Shown here one piece after another: positions 54,726 to 64,000 of a DNA stretch of 64,000 nt. Numbering within the stretch: the stretch's first letter is position 1; each line of letters starts with the position of its first letter. A model generated the notes under the pieces. The model searched no databases, was not told the origin of the DNA, and saw only the letters and a list, made by a program, of their open reading frames with translations. Source of the DNA: Octopus vulgaris (taxonomy: Eukaryota); contig OX597820.1 of NCBI GenBank assembly GCA_951406725.2, positions 94,054,001-94,118,000 of the forward strand, given 5' to 3'. Both the position numbers and the translations under genes were made by a program.

Positions 54726-54889
54726 ATAAACTTTATAGTTGTCCATAATTTTAATATTTTAAATATTTTCTATGCTGTCCTTGCTAATAATAATGTCCTT
54801 GCTAATGACATCCTTAACAAAAGGGGACAGACTTTGCTTGTGATTCTCAGTCTCCCCGACTTCAAGGTGCACAGGAGACTAAATACTAA

Positions 54890-55321
54890 TTTCAAATTTT
54901 GGTACAAGGCCAGCAATTTCAGTGGAAGGAGTGAGTCGATTACATCGAACCCCAGTGTTCTACTGGTATTTGTTTTATCGAACCCGAAAGGATGAAAGAC
55001 AAAATCGACCTCGGCGGAATTTGAACTCAGAACTTAATGGCGAACAACATGCCGCTAAGCATTGTGCCCAGTGCCGTAACCACTCTGCCAGCTCGCCGCC
55101 TTTGAAAGACTAAATATCGATTTCAAATCCAGCAAATTTGGGGAAGGGGACAAGTCGATTACATCAAATTCAGTAATCAACTGGTACTCATTTTACAGAC
55201 CCCGAAAGGACAAAATACAAAATCAACCTCGGTGGAATTTGAACCCAAAACATAACTATGGATGAAATTTCATTACGCATTTTGCCAGGCATGTTTACGA
55301 TTCTGCTAGCACGCCACCTTT
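54890..55321 (-). mobile_element. Two head-to-tail SINE-A copies
   Basis: Both copies carry the family core. g(a/g)ctaaata appears before, between and after them. Confidence 0.85.
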
Positions 55322-55650
55322 AGAAGGCTAAATATTAAAAAGAAACTTACTGAAGAACTTTGGAAAGTTAAAAACAAATCTAAAAACAGTTAAAAGTTTT
55401 TAGAAAACAGTCAATGGTTGTGTAGTTAAGAAGCTCACTTTGCAACAACATTGATTCAGGTTCAGTCCCACAGCGTGTAACTATAGCTCTAGGACAACCA
55501 ATGCCTTGAGAGTGAGTCTAGTAGATGGAAGTTGTGGGTAAGTCCATCATGTGTGTGAGTCTGTGCGTGTATCTGCGTATGTATGTATGTATGTATGTAT
55601 GTATGTATGTATGTATGTATGTATGTATGTCTCTCTCTTCTATATTTTGA

Positions 55651-56290
55651 TTATAATAAATCTTCCTCTGAAGAGGAGCTGGTTTCCAACAAAGATAGAA
55701 AGCTCCATCTTTGGGGTGTAGTTAACACAAACAAATTCACGTTTGGCATTTGAGAAAAGTCTTCCATATTTTTACTGTTCCACTCACAGATTCGACTTTT
55801 ACGAATCAGCCGGTCAATTTCTCTTTTCTCCAGAATCTCCTTTAAGCATTTACTAACAAAACCTAGTGCTCCAATTATTATTGGTATGAATATGGATTCA
55901 TAGTCTGGATACAGAAGCTGGAGGTTTCGAAGCAGTTGTCCATAAATATCCTCTTTTTCTTTGATTTTCAAAGAGATATTTATATCTGCAGGGCAGCTAA
56001 CCTTCATGATGGTACATACCTTTGCCCCTCTGTCCCAAACAAGAGTATCCAACCTGTTATGCTTACATTTGACAGAAGTTTTGATGGGAATATTGCACCG
56101 ATATTCCTTGAGTTGGTGTTTATGAATGTATTCCATAACAGAGGGATTTTCTAAGTTTATTTCAGGACAGTTTTTTTTTTGCGGGTGGGATTGTACATAA
56201 TTTTAAGCAACAACATCGTGCCGCATATGGAGGTAGTACCGTGATGACATTTTAGGACAGCTGCTAATCACATGCATAATGTCTCTTTTT
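55651..56290 (-). mobile_element. 3' end of RLE-type non-LTR retrotransposon (R4/Dong-like)
   Basis: RDIMHVISSCPKMSSRYYLHMRHDVVA (end of CCHC knuckle plus RHD), PIKTSVKCKHNRLDTLVWDR..VCTIMKVSCP (PD-(D/E)xK nuclease) and FIPIIIGALG. Frameshifted. Confidence 0.85.
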
Positions 56291-57238
56291 TGTTATACGA
56301 CGGGCTTTTTCAGTTTCCGTCTACGAAATTCACCCACAAAGTTTTGGTCGGCTCGGGGCTATGGTAGAAAATACTTACCCAAGGTGTCATGGGTTAGGTC
56401 TGAACTTAAGACCATATGGTTGAGAAGCAAGCTTCTTTAATAACACAACCACACCTGCACCGCTAAAGTCTTGAATTATATTTTTAAACATCCGCAGCAT
56501 ATCGTTTGGAACTAATGTTTTAATCCTTTACATCTCTAAGCAAAAAAATATGAGTAGCTAATTGTTTATTTTCAACATTGCCTGTGGGTTGTGGAATAGT
56601 CAGTAATAGGACTATTGCTGGGCGAGTCGGTAGCAGTAAAGCAGGAGAATTTAAGTCTTTACGGTGTGTATTTTCAGTTGTTTATCTACTGAGTCCAAAC
56701 ACTCTCTGGTTGCTGGAATATTCTATCTCCATTTTTGGCCTCGAATCTAAGGGCTGGTAGACACAATCGGCCGCCCGATTGAAGACCACCACCAATACCT
56801 TGGATGACTTCAGCACAGTCCACTTTGTTGCAAATATTTGGGTCAGAACTCTGGTTACTGGATACCTTTCTCCAGCATTCCTATGAATCTCAGAAGCTTT
56901 GTAAAGGGTTTTCGGCTACGCCTTCCCTCCTGACTCAAAGATGTGTGTATGTAAAAAGGTTTCCTGCGATTGGAGCTTATCCGCATTTTGGAGGCGTTCA
57001 ATGCGACTGAGAGTACGAGGCTACTTACTCTCTGAATGTGACGCGAGTCGGTCACAAAGTCAGCTTCTAGCTAAGTGAACTAAAAACGAAGTGAACGTGA
57101 AACGAAGCTCAAAAACACAAAGTTCCGTTCCGTTCAAGAATCGAACCCACACCCTAACGCTCATGAGCTCAACCTTTCTGAACACAAGACCTTGCCTCAA
57201 AACCTCAAACTTCACCCTTCCTCAAAGCACATCTTTAA

Positions 57239-57300
57239 AGAAAGCTAATTCTGCCACCCCACCTCCTTTAGAAAGCTAATTCTGCCACCCCACCTCCTTT
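57239..57300. repeat. Perfect 31-bp tandem duplication
   Basis: agaaagctaattctgccaccccacctccttt x2. Confidence 0.95.
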
Positions 57301-57325
57301 TAACTGCCAAAATTCTCTCTTCTAC

Positions 57326-57541
57326 AAGGCGGCGAGCTGGCAGAAACGTTAGCACGCCGGGCGAAATGCTTAACGATATTTTGTCTATCTTTATGTTCTA
57401 AGTCCAAATTCCGCCGAGGTCGACTTTGTCTTTCAGCCTTTCAGGGTCGATAAATTAAGTACCAGTTACGCACTGGGGTCGATCTAATCGACTGGCCCCC
57501 TCCCCCAAAATTTCGGGCCTTGCGCCTAAAGTAGAAAAGAA
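57326..57541 (+). mobile_element. SINE family A, full length
   Basis: aaggcggcgagctggcagaaacgttagcacgccgggcg...ggccttgcgcctaaagtagaaaag. Confidence 0.95.
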
Positions 57542-58436
57542 TACTCTCTCTCTTCTTCTCCTTCTTCGCCTAAAACTGTGTCTGTCTTTCTCTCTTCTTA
57601 CTCTTCTCCTATAATAACCCTCACACTATGCTTATTGCTCTTCCTCCTCTTTTTCATCCCCACCTTTCTTTTATACCTGTTTACGTCACTTCCACTGTCT
57701 CTAATATTTTCTTTCATGTAACTTAAGCATCCACAAGTAAAAAGTTCTCTAATCTTTTCATCAAATTTGTTTTACTGTTTTTTTCACCAGGAACCGTTTC
57801 TAATAAATCTGAGATTTATTAGAAACACAGATTCTAGCAAATCACCGAAGAAAATGGAAATGAAAAGAACTAAAAGAAAAAAAAATTCTCCTTCCATCAC
57901 GTGATCACTCACTCTCAGACATTATTATTCTGACTATACTTTACTCAACCACCATCACCACTCCCAACACTATCATCAACAACAGCAGCATCAGCAAACC
58001 AGGGAGCATTTTCGCAGTGTTTGACTTGCTAGAAATCGCAGCCAAATCTCCCTCAGATTACACACTTATGTATAGAAAGAATATATAGGGTAATGCAAGC
58101 CCTTTTCAAAAGAAGGGATGGTTACATTTGGAATGCCTTTGACTATAAGCTGCCATATCGCCTCCACCTAACAACCTGATGAAAGATGCATTGGATAATG
58201 TTATCCTAGTTGCACACTGAAATAAAATAAAAAATTAGATAGGATATCATGGCTGGAATGCCTTGAAACAGAGCAAAATCTGGAACCGGATTAAATTGGT
58301 GAGGATTTACATGGGTGACAATAAATCAAAGGAAAATATCGTGGAAAGCCGAATACCTTCAATTACTGTATATAGTAGTAGTAGTGGTGGTGGCGGTGGT
58401 GGTAGTGGTGGTTATGGTGGTGGTGGTAATAGTTGC

Positions 58437-58472
<36 letters not shown>

Positions 58473-59187
58473 GGTGGTGGTGGTGGTGGTGGTGGTGGTG
58501 GTGGTGGTGGTGGTGGGGTGGTAGCAACAATAGGAAAAGTTTAACTTTTCAGACTTTTGTTCTTCATCAGACTGCAGAAACGATATACTGAGCTGTTCGT
58601 TTCACCTAACTCTCCTTTGATTATAGGTCAGCTAAGTTATGGCAAACCTAGAGATAGGCAACACATCTAATCATTGTCCATCCTGCTGTATCTTGAGTAG
58701 TAGATGTGATCAATCACCCGATTTAATAGACTATCTGGTAAGAGGGTACCTTTAGCGGAGCCCACTCATTGACATTTTCCCCCTCACATTATGTCACAGA
58801 GCCTCTGAAAAGTATCACAAGTAATGCGTTTCTTTCTCGGACCAGGCCACTAAAAATCCCATAAGATGAAATATAGAAATAAATAAACTAAATAAATATA
58901 TAAATAAATAAATTACTGAAATATTTAAAGTAATATTAAACCAGGCTTAGCTATCTTATACTTAACCATACTTAACTGAACTAAACCAGATTAATTAAAC
59001 ATTCCTCATCCACCTTCTGCTCTTTTCAGTACCTGAATAATTAACTAGTGATACAAGTGTACACGACTGGAGTACATATATACCGTTTCTCACATTCTTT
59101 TTTGGTTGCTTCTCTCTCTTATTCTTTGTTTTGTTCTTGTTTTCTTTTCGTTTTGGTTCTTTCTCTCTCTTACTATCACACCCACTA

Positions 59188-59225
<38 letters not shown>

Positions 59226-59403
59226 ACTCGTGCACAGATACGAATACATATATAGGTACATGCATACATACACACACACACACACTTACATATACACATA
59301 CAAAATTTCACATAATTCTATTAAAAGTCCCGGAAAATATGAACTAGTAAGAAACTCGTCAGTTTCGAATAAAGTGATAGTCTTCATTTTGTATGTATGC
59401 AGT

Positions 59404-59434
<31 letters not shown>

Positions 59435-60547
59435 CGCGCGAGCGTTTATATAACACACCTGTACCCATATACGCATATATATGTGTGTACATATATGTAT
59501 GCATATATATTTTTTTATTTATGTTATTATGTGACTGAACGCCACACATCCATTTCCAAGTAAGATTATCTTAATAATTTTAATGCGACTCTACCCTGTT
59601 CTGTTCTCTCTCTTCCCATTTCGTTTTCTCTCTCTTCCTTTCTCTAATTCTTTTTTCTCCCCTTTACCGTTTTCTATCTGTCTTTCTCTCTTCCTCCTTT
59701 ACTCTCCGTCTCTCGTTGCTCACACGCGGCCATCGTCCATCTTTCTTTTTCTCACATGATCATCTTTCTTTTCCTTCAGTCTGTCGCACAAATATATATA
59801 TTTTTATTTGTTATACATATACACAAACACACAAATATATATACTTATAAGCACACATGTATGGATGTATGCATGCATACATGCATGCACGTATGTATAT
59901 TAGATTAACGCCATTTGAGCCGTTTTCAGAATTTCCACGTCGTTTCTTCAGACGAAGATATTATGTCCAAATCAAAGACAATATCGTAATGAAATTGAAG
60001 ACAGAGTGTCAGAACAACCATCCCGTTGGTTAGATCAGGCCAATCAGAGACAACATTTAAATTAACTAGTTCAACAATTAGCTATCTTCGATTTTATTGG
60101 TACGCATTTCTAACACAACTTAATTAGTTTATTTGTGGAGCCCTTGGTCTATTTGTCGATATTTGAAAGCCTAATTTACGCAGCTAGCAATGTGCATGGC
60201 TGGATTAACCATAGGTCTCGCCGTTTTGACGCGTTAGCACAATGTTTTGTTTGGGGCTACTTTTCGCTATATGATGATCGTAATGTATGCAAAATCTAAG
60301 TACCAACTAATGATGTCAGCTACATATTCTATATTTTAATCAACATGTACTGGGTTATATTTCTCACATTAGTTGTTATCTACGTGTGTCTGTGTGTGCA
60401 TGCGTGCAAATATAGGACCAGAATAGATATAAAAGATTTTATTTATTCGTTGGACGCAAAAGAATACGTTTCGTTGCTGCTCATAGCTTTTAGCTAGTTG
60501 GGCCACCCAGGTCTTCAGATGATATTCTGCAGGATAGTTTCCAGTTA

Positions 60548-60591
<44 letters not shown>

Positions 60592-60597
60592 AGATAG

Positions 60598-60668
<71 letters not shown>

Positions 60669-61294
60669 AACCATCTCTTAATGTACACTATTGACATGAA
60701 TATACTTTGCTTTTGAGCTCTAACAAGATTGCAGCATGCCTGTCATATTCACTATTTAGATTTAAAGACAAGGTTTACTCCTGACCGCATTCGTCTTTAC
60801 TTTCCAAAATTTCAAATTCCCCGATATTTTTAGAGTTATCTTGTTTTTGTTGCGCTTCATTTTAGATATTTAACCCTCCCTAGGGAGAGATTTTGATTTT
60901 TAATAGCAAAGATAATCCCGATTAATCGAATTTTCCCAACTTACTAGTTTCCATATGTGAAACTTTAAGCATGCAGAACGTCTCCTTGAGTTGTATTCCC
61001 CCAGTACAACACATATGTATACATTATATATATATATATATACATACAATGTCGATAATAACAAATATATATATATACACATGCAAGTATATACACACAT
61101 TTACAAACAAGCACATATATACACGTATACACACATACACAAACAGGTACATATATACATATATATATACATACACACTCACATACAAACAGGCACATAT
61201 ATGTATACGTATACACCCACACACACAGGCACATATATATGCATATATATAAATATATATACACATACACACACACACACACATACAGATATAC

Positions 61295-61357
<63 letters not shown>

Positions 61358-61664
61358 CGTGCATATCATAATGAAAAAATATTTTGAACGTTTCATTACC
61401 GAAACATCACTTCGTTGTTAGGTAGCAATAAAAACGGAACTCACTCTACTCCAATAAACGTAAAATTATCTTGTAGCGAGTATAAATTACATCATCAACA
61501 CTTATCTATCTTCCCTCCAGGCTGCTGCCTAATTCTAAATCAGAAATACCACCAAGATATTTCACTTTACAGATGTTCTCTGTCTGCTTCTACCTGGTTT
61601 AATTATTAACTTGTAGGGCGTGTGAGTGTGTGTGGGTGTGCGTGCGTGTATGTATGCGTTTGAC

Positions 61665-61701
<37 letters not shown>

Positions 61702-61722
61702 TAAACTGTATGTGCGTGTGTG

Positions 61723-61758
<36 letters not shown>

Positions 61759-62579
61759 TATAAATGTGTGTGCGCATATATATATATGTATGTATGTATG
61801 TATGTATATATGCATATATATATATATATATGCACACACACATATGTATGTATATAAGTGTGTGTGTGTGTGTGTGTATTCAAATCTTGCAACAGAACAG
61901 TTCTCGGTAAAAGTCTTTATCTATATGACATACTTAATGAATATATATTGTAGGAAAGCCAGTAGCTTAAGTGTTCATCGGGGAAAAAAATTCCCTTATA
62001 GACGTATTGCGCAAAAAGCAGTATATTTCAGAGTGAGACGAAACGAAATCGCAGTGGAAACGACTGCTTGAATGATTAAAGTGCATTTCGTCATTATTGC
62101 GGCTTGTCAACGCCACGCGCTCGTGTCATTCTCGATATTTATCATCCCGGCTAGTGTGAGACAGTAATAAATAACTGACAGGTTATGCAGAGAAACCGCA
62201 GTGCTAAACAAAATTCAAATTTTGACATCTTTATCCACCAACGCTACTCTCATTACGTCCAACATTGCCTTCGCAGATATTACCATCAGCAACACCATTA
62301 GTTTTCTCACCATCCGATACTACGGATAACCTCTTCATGATGAATCGTTCCCCGAGACAAAGGAGCAAATTCTCCCTCCAATCGAACTTTACTGCAGTAT
62401 TTCTTAAAGCTTTTTTAACAAACCATTTCTTTTACTAACACTTTCAACACCTCCACCCCATAATTCAATAAAAATAATAAATCATAAGAAAATTGCTGCC
62501 TTCAGGTTGATCGCCATTTGAAGACTATTTATAAATGAGCCGATATAAAAGGAAATGTCAAAATGACATTTCGACTACT

Positions 62580-62796
62580 AATATTGGTTTGAAATTTTAG
62601 CACAAGACAGCAACTTCGTGGAAGGAGGAAGTCGATTACATCGACCTCAGTACTCAACTGGTTCTTTATATTATCGACCCCGAAAGGATGAAAGGCAAAG
62701 ACGACCTCGGCAGAATTTGAACTCAGAACGTAAAGACACAAATTGCCGCTAAGCGTTTTGCCCGACGTGCTAACGGTTCTGCCAGTTCGCCGCCTT
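62580..62796 (-). mobile_element. SINE family A with 13-bp TSD
   Basis: TSD catttcgactact at 62567-62579 and 62797-62809. Confidence 0.95.
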
Positions 62797-62975
62797 CATT
62801 TCGACTACTCATACTACCAGATGATTCGCACACAGGCTAAAATTTGAAAATATATTTGATAATAAAGGCAATCTATTTCCCCTTCGACCCCCACCTCTGT
62901 CTCCAGAGCTCATATAAAATTTTTCCACGCTTCATCGGGAATGGTATCTTTCACTTCGAGAAACACTGTTTTATT

Positions 62976-63249
62976 TACATTATATACATTTGACGGATAT
63001 TTGTCCTCATCTCGGATTCCGAGTTCAATTTCAGGCAGTGACCTGAATAATAATAATAATAATAATAACATCGAAAAATACCTTAGGAATGAGAACCCAG
63101 GTTTGAAATTTCCCCCAAGACACCTGATGAAGGCAGGAGAGTACATCAGCCGAAACGTGTTAACAACACACAAGACGAGGTCAAATATCCGTCAAATGTA
63201 AATAATGTAAATAATGTACATAATTCCTCATCTCTTAAATATAGAACTG
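62976..63249 (+). mobile_element. Short PLE-like insertion with inverted 5' segment, hammerhead-like core and TSD
   Basis: TSD cactgttttatt at 62964-62975 and 63250-63261. 62974-63012 is an inverted copy of 63173-63211. CTGATGA-A-GGC..GCC-GAAAC at 63124-63156. Confidence 0.75.
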
Positions 63250-63266
63250 CACTGTTTTATTGTCTA

Positions 63267-63496
63267 CAACCCTTTACCTGTCTAAAACCTTTTCATAGTT
63301 TTGATCTAAATGTCCATTCTTGTTTTCAGAATTTTAGTTAGGTCTTGTTTCATACGTCCTGAGTAATATAAAGCTTTCCTGTCTTAAGTTCCAAGTTACT
63401 TTGGTGATTGGAAAAAATTGGGTAAGTGTAATGCGAGGACGTCGATTAAATGTGTTCAATGTATCACATGTAATACACAGGACAAGCAAAGAATTT
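63267..63496 (-). mobile_element. piggyBac-like MITE, copy 3
   Basis: Reverse strand shares tattacatgtgatac, cgtatgaaacaag..taactaaaa..ctgaaaacaag..tggacattta with the other two copies. Confidence 0.65.
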
Positions 63497-64000
63497 TCAA
63501 AAAAAAAAATACTGCATTGGATAAAAAAAAATGAATAAATAAAACGGGATGGTCATGGCTGAAACGTCTTTGCTAAACACAAGCTGATCAGAAAATGGAG
63601 AGTTTCGACCTGCAAGTAAAAGCGTCTAAGTCTCCCTCAAATCACTCTCTACTGCCTTGAAAAAGAAATGCAAAGACACACAAGTTAATGTGGTCCTGGA
63701 AAAGAAAACATTATGATTATAAGTTTGTTTGAAGAGAGCAGCGGTAGTAGTAGTAGTAGTAGGAGGAGGAGGAGGAGGGGGAGGAGGACCGTTTACTACT
63801 GGCTGGATTACTATCACACTCTATTATCACTCGACGGTCAGTATAATCATCGCTATCCATAGAAAACGTTCACCTCTTAAGAATATGAAATAAACAAGCA
63901 AAATGGCTGCCGAATATTGAAAGTGAAAGTTCTCACCAAGATACACTAAGTAAACATGATCCCCGATAATGACGTCAATAAAACTAACTTTCGCTTTCCT

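Noticed and set aside
60430-60545. Minus-strand CTGAAGA...GAAACGTA
   Set aside because: The spacer cannot close stem II. Possibly a PLE tail, but not a supportable hammerhead.
62311-62391. 81-nt minus-strand open segment ending in a GTGAGA donor
   Set aside because: The acceptor lacks a polypyrimidine tract. No homology recognised.

Overview
AT-rich, microsatellite-dense eukaryotic DNA, almost entirely intronic or intergenic. The three tRNA-derived SINE families match what I recall of Octopus (coleoid cephalopod) repeats, so the taxon is an inference. Most of the supplied ORFs are artefacts of simple repeats or SINEs. Supported content: (1) dozens of SINE copies from three families, several with clean target-site duplications (TSDs) and swappable 3' tails; (2) a decayed maT/DD37D-type transposase and a mariner 3' end; (3) two RLE-type (R4/Dong-like) LINE fragments and an RTE 5'UTR; (4) a TTAA-flanked piggyBac-like MITE in three copies and a long-hairpin MITE; (5) several Penelope-like element (PLE) remnants carrying hammerhead-ribozyme-like cores, including a perfect 134-bp palindrome. 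One very well-formed 54-nt minus-strand exon (23621-23674) and weaker candidate exons suggest the window lies in large introns of an unidentified minus-strand gene. I cannot claim a proven new system. The best leads are the PLE/hammerhead structures and the putative minus-strand gene.
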